From the human T2T-CHM13v2.0 reference genome, Homo sapiens: a DNA stretch of 64,000 nt. Below are positions 41,091 through 52,599 of this stretch, in pieces (the first letter of the stretch is position 1; each line of letters opens with the position of its first letter). The notes under the pieces are model-generated. The model did no database searches. It was not told the origin of the DNA and was given only the letters and a program-made list of their open reading frames with translations. Made by a program: the position numbers and the translations under genes. The stretch lies in assembly GCF_009914755.1 (NCBI RefSeq), contig NC_060935.1. One strand, written 5' to 3'.

Positions 41091-41629
41091 TCTCCCACTC
41101 TATTCTATAACTGATTACAGAGCCTTTAAGAAGCATCAAAGTAAAATAAAAACTATCTGTAGGTGACAGAGACTTAAAAATTGTTGATTAACTTCTTACT
41201 GATAATTTTCAAGAATGAATGATCTGATGAGAATTCATGACAAGAATAATGCAACTGACAAGGAAATTTGGTTGCTTCTGTGGTGTGCAAAACAAAAAGA
41301 TGTTAATCCAAACAGAAAAAATCTAGACAACGTCTAAAAATATAAGGTTAATTTCAAAAAACACAATGAACATATTAATTTATAAAAATGAACATGATTT
41401 TTACAGAGAAAAAATTTTAAGATATAATATATAAAAATTCTGGGATATAATTTACATAAAATGCCAAGAATATCAACTAAAGATATTCAGTAAGCTTAAC
41501 ATAAGTTCTAAATATCTGTATTTTAATAAAACTGCAAAGGAAAGGCTGATGTACATCTCCAGTTGAAAACCAGTGGCCTGGAAGATGCTACATTTAAATT
41601 AAAGAAGGAAAGTTGCAGCCTAGTAACTA

Positions 41630-41955
41630 TTTTATTTTATTTTATTTTATTTTATTTTTTCGAGACAAAGTCTTGCTCTATCACCCAGATTGTAGTGCAG
41701 TGGCACGATCATAGCTCACTGCAGCCTCAAACTCCTGGGCTCAAGGGATCCTCTTGCCTGAGCCTCCTAAGTAGCTGATACTACAGGCATGCACCACCAC
41801 ACCCAGCTAAGTTTTTTATTTTTGTAGAGACAGGGTCTTGCTATGTTGCCCAGGCTGGTCTCAAACTCCTGGCCTAAAGCCATCCTCCTACTTCATCCTC
41901 CCACCTCATCCTCCCAAAGCACCAGGATTGCAGACATGAGCCACCATGCCCAGCC
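41630..41955 (-). mobile_element. AluJ
   Basis: (ttttat)n tail; gatcatagctcactgcagcctcaaactcctgggctcaag; TSD-like agtaac-tatttt/agtaac-atttt. Confidence 0.9.
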
Positions 41956-43619
41956 TCCAGTAACATTTTAAATAATAATTGAAATCGTGACTAGTAACAC
42001 GTATACTGTTGTTATCGGGGAAGGCACCATCAGGGTGCTGATAAATAGAAACATGTCATGTACAGAGAGGGCATTGAGAAGTCTGCACAACTCTTTTATA
42101 GCATATAATTTCTCAAATATTTAGATAAATAATAATATTTTACCAATATAAATTTAACCTAGAGAAGGCTGAGCATCTCTTCTGACTTGACAATTATTTC
42201 CAAGCAATTGATCAATATTAACATATTAAATAAATCTAATGATTTCTAGCACCTCTCTTTTTAAAAGATGAAAGAACAAATCTTTGTGGTTTTCCAGGAG
42301 CCCTTCCTCTTTTTAAATTAAATATTCACAAACTTATCAAGATTTTGCCAACTTTGGCAAAATTTTAACACATTTAATTGCTTATTTTTAGACTTATTGT
42401 TTGATGTACTATAATCCAAGACAAATCAAATTTCCTTTCTACAAACCTAAAATGTATCCATTCAGATTTGACCTTCCCTGTTCCCTTTCTTATTCTGGAA
42501 CAACCAGTCATTTTTCTTATGTGTAATATTTTTCCTTTTAATAAACAAAAACAGGTTTCAATACCATGTATACAAAGTCATACCTCTCTGCCACGATTGT
42601 TCCTAGTAGAGTCTCATTCATGTATATTAGTTATATCTTTTAACCAAAGTAACTAACATTTCAGAGAGAATGGGGAGTGGGGAGGGTGGATCATTATAAA
42701 CCATCTAGAACACATTGGCATTCTAGAAGGGCTCAGTAATACGCATAACATGACTTTCTCCAGCCTCCAACACTCTTCACTTTCACACTTCTCAAGGTGT
42801 GAATTCAGCTACGGTATTCCCCAACATCTCTGGGATTTATGACAGACCTTGGTTGAAATCCTTTCACCACTGTGAGCCTTGACTTTGCTGAGCCCCAGTT
42901 TCCTCATCAATAAAAGTCAGATGGGTTCTTGAGGATAAATGCGATAATATAAGGAAACATTCTTGACGTCTTGTGGCTGCTGGAGGGTACTCAACAGGTA
43001 TCCTTTTACTTCCTTCCAGATAAGTTTAGATTTGGATTCCTATCAAACACTAAATGTCACGTAGTTCTTCTGTAAGTACATTATTATGCTGAGCTCTGAG
43101 GCCTGCAAAGACAATCAAGACAGGGTTCTACCTTCTTGGAACTAAGAATCAAGCTGGAGAGGGGCTGTGTACACACAGTCAGCAATTTTAGAAGGCCCTG
43201 CTCTACTTATTGAGTGCCAAAGGATGGCATTTCCTATGTGCCATGTCATTCAGAGGACCAGCGAGGGGAATGCAGAAGTCGGTTGGGGAGATTTTGAAGA
43301 AAACTAACTTGCTGAGCACTTAACACATAAAAGGTTAGAGATTATATGTATACATTGCCTGGTATACAGGAAGCATGGAATACATGGCGGCTTTTACTAT
43401 CATTATTAATGATGGTGATGTTATTATTACAGATACATATTAACCCAATTCACCTTTCTTGTGCTAAACAAAATACAGGCCAGGGTGCAGACAAATAAAA
43501 ATAAAGACTTATAGTCTGAAAATGAGAAATCAAATCTCTGTCACATTTAACTGCTTTCACATGTCCCCAAGGAGGGCATTTAAGAAGTGAAGAAGACAGA
43601 ATAGGAAGCTGAAAGTGGA

Positions 43620-45220
43620 CTGGCCCTGGGCCTTGGACTCCTCCTCTGTAAAATGAGGATAATAATAATACCTGTATCACACGAGTGTTTTGAGGTTTAA
43701 ATGAGGTACTACGTGTAAGGTACTTAGGTCAGTGCCAGGCTGATATGAAACACTGAGTAAACACTAATGATTGACTATATTCTATTTGTTTTTCCTACTA
43801 CTTTGTGCCAGGCATTGTTTATTTGTAATTTTTGTGGAACTGCAAGGTGAATGTTAGCTTCCCTGTGGAACATATGAGTGTAATGAGGCACAGAGCAGTT
43901 ATGTAAGCCTGTCCAGCACCACACAGCTGATAAATGACTGAGCTGGAGTTGGAATCAAGATTAGTCTGACTCGTAAGCCCATGGTCTTTCCGCTGCCTTC
44001 CCAATGATAGTGTTGGGTGGGGAAAAGATTACATGGCCATTTGGCCTTGGACAAATTACTTAACATCTCCCAGGCTCAATTTCCTTATCTATGAAATGGA
44101 AAAAATGATGTACCTATATCACGGGGTTTTGGTGAAATTAAATGAGAAGCTGCTTAAAGCACTTAGCCCAGTGTCTAGCGTAGTTGGTATTGGCTAGGTG
44201 CTTATAAATTTCTGTGGAGGGAGAGAATCATCTCCATTAGGAGAAGAAGGAAGTCTTTGACTTGGATCTGGAGGTGTTCTGAGCAGAGGTCACAGAGCCA
44301 GCAAAGGCATGCAAGTGGAGACATGGCCTGTCCCCTGTCTCTGAAGTAGTAACATGTAGCTCCAGCTGGTAGGAACAAAAGGTGCCCCTGGACAGGAGGC
44401 TGGGAGTCATGTGGCGCCAGGTGTGTGGAGACAGCTGCAGACATCCAGGCAAGAGTCAGAGATGGCGGAGTTTCTGTCCAGGAAGATGTTGCTCTCCTCC
44501 TCCTGTTAGGCCTTCCTCGTCAGGATGACAATGAATGGCTTGTCCATGGCGTTTCAGAGCCACAGAGCACCTGGAGGTTCCCCAGCCTGGAGCCTGGCTG
44601 GTTCCTGCCTTTTGTACCAGTGTCTGTGTGGGTGCGTCTGGGGGCAGCTGGCAGCATGGGAGATGACTGTGGCTGGTGCTTATGGGGCTGGGCCCATTTC
44701 CTGGGGCCCTCTGAGGGGGATGGCCCAGAACGTGCAGAAGAAGAGCCTGTGGGAGGAAATACCAGGGTGACCACAGCTGGATGAGCAGGAATGGGCAGGA
44801 GGGTGAATTGGGCAGGCAGGAAGAGCAGGAGCTGTGAGCTCCTGTGGTGCCATTTTTCCCACACCTCGATCTTCCCCTGTGAGCTGCAAAAGGCCACAGC
44901 TGAGCTAGGATGGATGGTTCTGCCCTGTGGAGTTAGCTAAGGGCTTTCACTGCCGGATCCTGGTGCCCACTCTGAGGAGGACGCAGGGGAAAGACATTCA
45001 AATTCATACTGAGAGAAAATCTGCTGTGTGCCAGACACTTCCACATCCAGGATATCTCATTTAATCTTTATAACACTCTCGTGCAGCAGGGGCGTATAAT
45101 CTTATTTAAAGGAAGATCGAACTGAGGCTTAGAGACGTACAACAACTTGCCCAAGGTCACATTAAGTGGCAGAACCAGAAATTAGGACTCAGCCAATTTT
45201 GCTCGAAGTCTGATGTCTGT
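43620..45220. mobile_element. Cluster of MIR fragments (about 43620-43780, 43800-44000, 44030-44200, 45010-45220)
   Basis: MIR cores ctctgtaaaatgagg, gaggcacagagcagttatgtaa, aaactgaggcttagag..cttgcccaaggtcaca; unique sequence lies between them. Confidence 0.65.
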
Positions 45221-47704
45221 TTCCCTGTCCTATGGGCTAGCTCTCTCAAATCTTACTTTCCTGTTGACTGCAAAGAGGTGCATGGTAAGGGCAGCAGAAA
45301 GGGCTGTTTAAAATGAGCTTTGATGGGAAGAGGCTGCTTGGAAAAGGAAATGAGGGCTCCTGGGGAGAACCTGGAGTCTCAGCCCATGATCCCTACTCCG
45401 GCCCCCCAGAAGGGGCATGTGAGCCTGTGGAGGTCCCATCCCCCACCCCTCGTGACAGCAGCTTCTCCCCCAGCTGCTTTTTGGGCTTCCTCTTCCACCC
45501 TGCTGTTTCCTCTCTCCCTCCCTACAGTGGACTGGCGTGCACCTCATTGACCTCGGGTGGGGCTGTCTGACTCAGGCCCTGTGGGCTGGTCTAGAAGGTA
45601 GCAGCAAGGTTTCGAAATAGTCTGTATGGTTGGCCAAGGCCTTGTTTTTTCCATTCAAGCTTCTGTATCAACTGAGAGCTGGGGTCAGGGTTGACAGTCC
45701 CAAAGTAACAGCAGAATTGAGGACAGACACCAGAGGTAGAGTCCCTGAAGCCCAGGACCTCCTATCTGAGTCACTAACAGACACTAAGTTGGTGTGTGTG
45801 TGGGGTGGGGGGGCGGTGTCACTGCTCTCCTGTTGGCTTCTGGCTCAGGTCTTGTCCCCTGGACGCTTCTTGCTCAGGAGAAGGAAGGCCATCCTCCTCC
45901 CCCTCTAAGCAGGACTGCAGCTCTGCCATCATCAACACGCTTCCATCAGTGCTATTTACACAACCTTTCTTCAGAAGAGACACCAACTTAAAACCTGTTG
46001 GCTGCCTCTTCTGAGCCCCACCAACACTCCCACCCTCCCTGTTATTCCGGCTGCTGATCAGAGTCCCTGCTGCAGCGTGAAGGCTGTCTTCATTCTGCCT
46101 GACCATTCAGGGTCCCCCACTCAGCTTTCTTCCCAAAGCAAAACAATCTATCCTGTATTTTCCTCTTTCCTAAGACAGACTGTCATCTGAGCCACCAGTC
46201 TCTTCTCAAATGTCCTGAGTTCCTCGTGGCTCCTGGCCAATGGCTTCTTTCTCTAGGAAGGCTCTCAGGGCAAGCCCCGAGTCATCTTGATCTCTCTGAG
46301 CATGTGCCCACGTCCCAGCTGGAGGAAGGACAGCAAACAGAGGATTCCCTGAGGGGCTGGCTGCTGCCCTGGGAGAGCTTTGCGCCTCCCAAAGAGGGTC
46401 TTGTCCTGTCTTGTGTGCTAAAGACCTGGCTCAGGGCTCTGCACCTGTGGTATCTGTTCCTGGCTGGCCTTTTCCTAGCAGGGTATCTCCCAGTGCTGGT
46501 GGAGGGCTTGTGGGGGAGGGGGGTGGGCACTGTCACCATTGACCCTAGCTTGGTTCTTACTGTGCCCAGCCCTCTATCCTTTTCAGATCTGCTTAGTCTC
46601 AGAACAGTCACGTCCGAGAAGAGACTACTGAATCCATTTTCTCTGGACAAGTGCCAAAGTCACCTGCAGCCACAGCCAGCCTAGCCTGGGACTGGGGAGT
46701 GACTAGGGAGCCACTGGGGAACCGGGGCTGTTTCTGACATCTCTCGGGGGCAGCGTCCCTCTGCTGGGCTGTTTCTTGTTTTTTGCTGTTGCAGTGGTGG
46801 TGGCAGTCGGTCTTTTGGGGGTTTTGTTTGTTTGTTTCTAATCTGTCACTGCTTTGGGACATGCCATTTCTTGATTTTTACCCCAGAAGCATTCCTAGTG
46901 CAAAGTCTCAACAAGGTCAATAAAGTTATTATCAGGCTCCTTCGAAAGAGTAGGTTGGACTGTCAGCTAATAGTTAAGAGATAGCTAGTCAACCTCCCTA
47001 TCTAACTTGGTTATTCAGTAACCAGTATCCGGTGGGGGGGAGGTGGGATTCTGAGAAGTGCCATCTCTTGCTAACAAGGTCTTTGAGGGTCATGGGACAG
47101 CCGCCCCATCTGGAGCAGCCGGGGGCCTTCCCCTCCATCCTTTGGTCCTTGGCCTACTTGCCCAGCCTGGCCCAGCCCCTGGGCTGCCATCCCCCCGTCA
47201 CAGCCACCCTGGGGCCAGCTAGGCAAGGCCTGGCTGTGCATATTCTGTGCCCTGCTTCTCTTCTGGGACCTCTTGATTCACGAGGGAAGGACTGGTGAGA
47301 GGAGAAGTGAAACCTGCGGGTTCTAAACATGGAAGGAGTGCGTCAGCTGCCTTTCTGAAGCTAGCATGAGCTTGGCAGTCTTGGCCTCCGTCTAGCCTAG
47401 CCCTTAACCTGACCGAAGTTCCCAGTCTCCTGTGAACCACGGCACCTTGATCTTTCTCTTAGAATACCTGACAATGGGGAATGGATAGAGCACCAGACTC
47501 AGAGGAGGCCCAGCTCTGACTATGCCATGCCCAGCGAGTGGTGTGACTTTGAGCTCATCCCTCCATCCCTCTGGAGGCCAGGAAGGAAGTCCCAGAAAAG
47601 GCCAGTGCCAGGCCTAGTGTCACACAACACAGCTGAGGACCCCCCACCCGCCACCCTCAAGACTCATGACTCTCCTGCTATCTTGGGTGTCAGGGTTTCT
47701 ACTG

Positions 47705-48430
47705 GCAGCATCATGGGGGACTCCAGGTGGTGGATTTCAGGGAGTTGGGGTCAGAGCTGGCGGGGACATCAGGCTACCACCTGGAGGAGGGCAGGGCTGG
47801 AATCTTGGAACCTACCAGGTCAGGATGCACGTGGGGACCCCTACTGACTTTCCTGTCTGCCCACGGGAGCAGGTGGGAGGGCCCCGGGGCTGGAGTCTCC
47901 CCTGTGTCCCACCGTAGGCTCCCCAAGAAGCCATAGGGCCCACCATGGAAGGCCAGAGCTCCAGGAGCTTCAGGGCATCCTTATGTTCATCTAGACCCAG
48001 CTATGCACAGCGGGAGGCGGGGTGGAGGGGGACAGGCTGGCAGCCACATCTCTACCTTCCAGGTAAATCCAGGGCCCGGAGCCTCCACTTCCCAGAAGAG
48101 TTTGGTTCAGCCCCTGACCCTACTCGGCTCCCCTAACAGAGCAGTGTGGGCCGCCTCCACCCCTCCAGTCCTTCTTCCTGGTCTGAACATTGGAAGCACA
48201 CTGGCTGTCATCTAAGCGCCCTCTGGGCATCAGGAACAATTTCAGACTGGTTAGGTGCATCTCACTAACCCATCAATAGGTCTGAGAAAGGTGATAGACT
48301 CTGCTTTTCCAATGAGCAAAAAGATGTAAGGAATGAAACCAGCTTTTGCCCGATTCCCAAGTCCTTGCTGTTTTCTCTTATAGACATCAACTCCCTGACA
48401 TCCACCACCTGGGGTCCCCCGTGATGCTGC
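47705..48430. repeat. 43-bp inverted repeat (arms 47705-47747 and 48388-48430; 40/43 identity)
   Basis: gcagcatcatgggggactccaggtggtggatttcagggagttg versus reverse complement of arm 2, gcagcatcacgggggaccccaggtggtggatgtcagggagttg. Confidence 0.93.
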
Positions 48431-51419
48431 TATGTCCCTGGGAGTGGCTGGCAGGATGAAAAAGGCCCAGGGAACTGGCCTTGAGCCTCAGTGAGGAAGC
48501 CTGTCTGCGCTTCCCACCAAAACCTACAGGGCACAGCCCTGGGTCTTCACCTGGCTTAGGCTGGCTGGGGTTCAGAGCTGCCGACCTGGGAACTCCCACT
48601 CTCTTCAGTGGCTTCCCATCACCTTCAGAGATAGCCTAAATGCCACAGTTTGGCACCTGAGGCCCTGCGCCACGCCACCTGAGGCCCCTGCCCTTCCCAG
48701 CCAGCTCTGCTTCTCTGCTTGGCTCAGTTTCACCCTACAGATACCCCCACTGAGGCGGAGTTCCCCAAACAGGTAGTGTCATTTCACACCTCCGTGCCTT
48801 CGTGCACGCTGCTTCCTCTCCCTGGCAGTCCTCCCTGCCCCAGCTGTGGTTGACTTGGCCTCGTCCTGCTTGTTTTTGAAGCCTCAGCTCCAGGAATCCT
48901 TTCCCGACACTGCTCCCTCCTGCTGGCTCGGAGTCTCTCCTCTGTGTCATCTCTGTAAGAGAGAGACATCACACCAGGTCTAACTGTCTCCCTGCTGACC
49001 TGTGCGCCCAGGCAGGTGGAGATTCCGCTCACGGATTCTCTTGCTAGTGCTGGATTGTAGCATGGTGCCTGGTACAGGATGGGCACAGGGATGCATGGGA
49101 GAGCAGCCTCGCTTCAGCCGAAGGGAATCAAGATGTTAGAAATGGGCACAGCTCCTCCTACTGAGGTTGTCGGGGACAGAACTCCAGGCAAAAGGGCCAT
49201 GGAGCAGATAAGGAAGAACACCTGGGGCCACAAGCAGGGGAGTCGGGGAGGGCGGGCTGGAGTTGACACAGTGCAGTTGGGGGAGTGGGGTGGGAGGGGA
49301 AAGGGTGCTGGCAGCAGGCTGTGCCTCTGGGTCCCCATTGGCTCTGACCAGCCCTGGGAGGGCTCAGCATGAGTGTGGAGGTGCAGTCTGGCTTCCTAGT
49401 CAACACCAGGCTACGGAGCCAGCAAGGGCTTCACTGCCGAGCCTGCAATGAAAGAACAGTCATAGCTGGGGCCCCAGTGGGGCCTTGGGTCCCTGAGGAT
49501 CTTTCAGACACTGAAAGGATCTGATTTGTCACCATGGTCAGTGGCCAAACATCATGGCAGAGGCCCTGGCACATCCAAGTGGTCATGAAGGCTGGTCCTG
49601 CTGCCTGGGGGGCCTTACCGGCAGTATAACCAGGGACCTGGGGACTGGGGGAGAGTCATGCTGTGTTCTCTTATCTTGTGGGACAGCTGGGACTGATACT
49701 AGCGCAATGTGTAACTGATGAGGAAACCAGAGGCAAAAAAAAGGCTTAGGGATTCACGGGAGGTTACACAGGCAATTAGTGAGAGGTGCCACGCAAAGCT
49801 TCCCGCCTCTCCCTGAACCAGGTGCGTCCCAGGCGGGGCTTGGTGGCTGCTGTCTGTAGGACTGCAGGGTTCTTCCATCCATTGCTCTTTGCAGAAGGCC
49901 AGCTGGGCACCCTCTTCAAAGTCTCTCAGAGGATTTCCCTCAGATTCTAGAAGTCCCCGAACTAAGAGTCATGAGCCATATGGCAACAGGTGGAACCCGG
50001 AAAACATTGTTGCCACAAGCTTGCCTATGTCAGTCACTGTGACAGGCACTTGGAGTAGCCCCAGCTTCCCTAGACAACTTGAGTCCCTAGAGGACCTCTG
50101 TGACCCACATGTGTGCCTTTGGGAACCGGTGGCCAGAGAGGCCGGGGCGTGGAGCTGCCTGCATTCCAGACTACACTGTTGCACCTTCATGCTGGATGGG
50201 ATGGAAAGGCACTGAAAGCGTTTTAGCAGAGCTGTGGAGGGGCAGGAGCAACTTCAGTCTCTCAAGAAGACAGACAGGAAGCTCGATCCAGGGGCAAAGT
50301 GAGAAGGAGCCTCGTAGCCCAAGCCCAATTCAGCCTTCGCTGAAATGCCCCTTTGTTTCCCAAGTGGTAGTGGGTGTTGCTTCATGCCACATTTGGGGGA
50401 ATTGGGTCTGGGGTGTGGAGGAGGATTCCTAGGCCGAGGGAGCATCCAGTGTCCTGCCCTTGGGCTCTTGGAGCCAGGACAGAAAGGGCTTCAGGAGCCC
50501 TCCCACCCTTTTTCCTGACCCTTCTCCATGAAGTCTTCAGTGAGCCCTGGGTCTCGCCTAACTCCTGGCCCCTTCTCCTGGACTGGGGCTCCACTCTGAG
50601 GCCTATTTTCCATGCATGTCCTGGCTCCTGGCTGCGGCGAGGAAGCAGATAGTGACTCAGCAGGGCTCTGGGGCCCTTCCCCAGGCCTCAGGCTTGGGGA
50701 GCGGCCGGGGCACAGTGGAAAAGCTGAGTGCCACCCGCCTGCACTGTTCTTTCCATCCCGGGCCAGGGCATGGGATGAGACGTGAGGGGTGAGAAAGAGC
50801 ACGTGTGTGAGCCACAGATGGAAAGAATGGGCTCTGTCCAGTGGGATGGACGGACTGGGACTAAGAAGAGGGCTGGGGTCTGTCACCACCTGTCCCACTG
50901 CCACTTCCTTTCCAACTACCGCCTGCCTGAAGGAGGTGCTGTGTCTGCCCTGTTCGAAGCTTCAGAGGAGTGTCAACCTCACTTTAAAAACAGACCCTTC
51001 TCCCGACTGTCTCCCTCCTACCCCCATCATTTTAGACATGTGAAAACCACTCAAACTCCCTGCCCCCACCTCTGCCACACACATGCACACACACACAGGC
51101 GCCCTGACCTCAGGGAGGTCGACAAAAAGCAGAGGTGCTGCCAGCTGGTCAGAGCAGGCGGAGGTGCTTCTTGTGGGCTGGGGCCGAGCCGGCTGCAACA
51201 GAGGCCTCAGGAGTTGGGACCAGGGAGACAGGTCCCTCTGAGCACCCTGGCCTCTGGGCATTTTTTCCCAGCCTCCCCTTGGCCTCTGCACCAAGAAGGA
51301 AAGAGTTGGTGGTCCTCAGGCCCTGGGACTGCCAGAGGGGACACGGGTCAGGGATGCCGGCCCAGAACTTCCAGCTGGGGCTGACTTCCCACTAACGCAG
51401 ATGCTGTCCCTTCCTGCAG

Positions 51420-51501
51420 GTTCCGAGGCCTCATCCTGCTGCTGACCTTCCTAATTTACGCCTGCTATCACATGTCCAGGAAGCCTATCAGTATCGTCAA
51501 G
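51420..51501 (+). CDS. SLC37A2: SLC37A2 exon 2 (FRGLILLLTFLIYACYHMSRKPISIVK)
   Basis: Branch point cactaac, ctgcag acceptor, aag|gtgagg donor; 82 nt. Confidence 0.95.
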
Positions 51502-51892
51502 GTGAGGCTGGCTGGCAGCAAGGAAGAGTGCAGAAGCACACTGTCGTAACCGTCCTTACCCCTTCCCATGGCCACCGAGGTTGAACCTGTACCTGGCAGG
51601 CTCCCACTCTCAGTGGCTGTCTTCCCCAGGAGCTCCTTTTGAGTTTATTCCCCAAGACAGCTGTGTCGGTGGCTGTGGATGGAATAAGCGTGCAGGGCCC
51701 CTGGGCTATGTGGATGCTGCTCATGGGTCTGATGTGGCTGCTTTCCCCTGCAGCCAGTTCCTGCAGGAGGAGGTGCCAGTAGGGGGGACATAGAATCTGG
51801 TAGGAGGCAGTGTCTCCGGTATGGTTGGGGCAGGTGGTTGCTTGCTCCCCTCTGGGTCAACCCCTGACCTGTATGTCCCATTGCCTATCCAG

Positions 51893-51986
51893 AGCCGTCT
51901 GCACCAGAACTGCTCAGAGCAGATCAAACCCATCAATGATACTCACAGTCTCAATGACACCATGTGGTGCAGCTGGGCCCCATTTG
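51893..51986 (+). CDS. SLC37A2: SLC37A2 exon 3 (luminal loop with sequons NCS, NDT, NDT)
   Basis: ccag acceptor, g|gtaaga donor; 94 nt. Confidence 0.95.
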
Positions 51987-52112
51987 GTAAGAACAGGGCA
52001 AGTTGCTCTTCCCATTCCCCATTCCCTCTTCCTCGAGAAGGGGCTGTCCAGGGAGGGCTTCCTGCAGGGGCATCCACGCAGTCAGCTTTCTGTTTCTCCC
52101 ATCTGCTTTCAG

Positions 52113-52191
52113 ACAAGGACAACTATAAGGAGTTACTAGGGGGCGTGGACAACGCCTTCCTCGTCGCCTATGCCATCGGCATGTTCATCAG
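52113..52191 (+). CDS. SLC37A2: SLC37A2 exon 4 (DKDNYKELLGGVDNAFLVAYAIGMFIS)
   Basis: ttcag acceptor, ag|gtaagg donor; 79 nt. Confidence 0.95.
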
Positions 52192-52599
52192 GTAAGGACA
52201 GAGGCTGAGCCTATGACCAAGAGGAGGATGGTTTAGAGCTGCTACCTCCCCTTAAGGAACCTGGGGGCAGCTGGGAATGAGCCCAGGGATGCTGCATGTA
52301 CAATCCACCCACAGCCATCCTCCTTGCCTTACCGCGGTCGCAGAGACTGCTCCTTCGCCTGGTAGACTCCCACTGGTAGCAGCTCTTTTGCCTGGAAATG
52401 TTCTCCTGGATGCTGCTTTTGAGTGTATTCACTCAGATACCACAGTTGGTGGGTATGGACTAGGACCCTTTAAGAATGGCCCTGCGTGCACATATATCTG
52501 GGAGAATCCCCATCCTCTGCTGTGTCCAAACCAGCACGGGAAGCATGCTGTTCCTTGCCAGGAATCCACGATCAATAAGGCTGCATACTGCCTCCAAAG

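Larger units (their letters stand above)
39300..42700 (-). mobile_element. Degenerate ERV1 (MER4-group-like) internal fragments with nested insertions
   Basis: AT-rich ERV-internal-like phrases (ggaaacccagtaagccc, ttcttactgaacctgtgcaaataacc); family identity uncertain. Confidence 0.5.

Noticed and set aside
48654-48687. Direct repeat cacctgaggccc twice
   Set aside because: Short slippage duplication in degenerate L2-like sequence; no sign of function.
44200-51384. Many 60-200 aa ORFs in GC-rich intron 1
   Set aside because: No recognisable domains; they overlap on both strands; most start at non-ATG codons.
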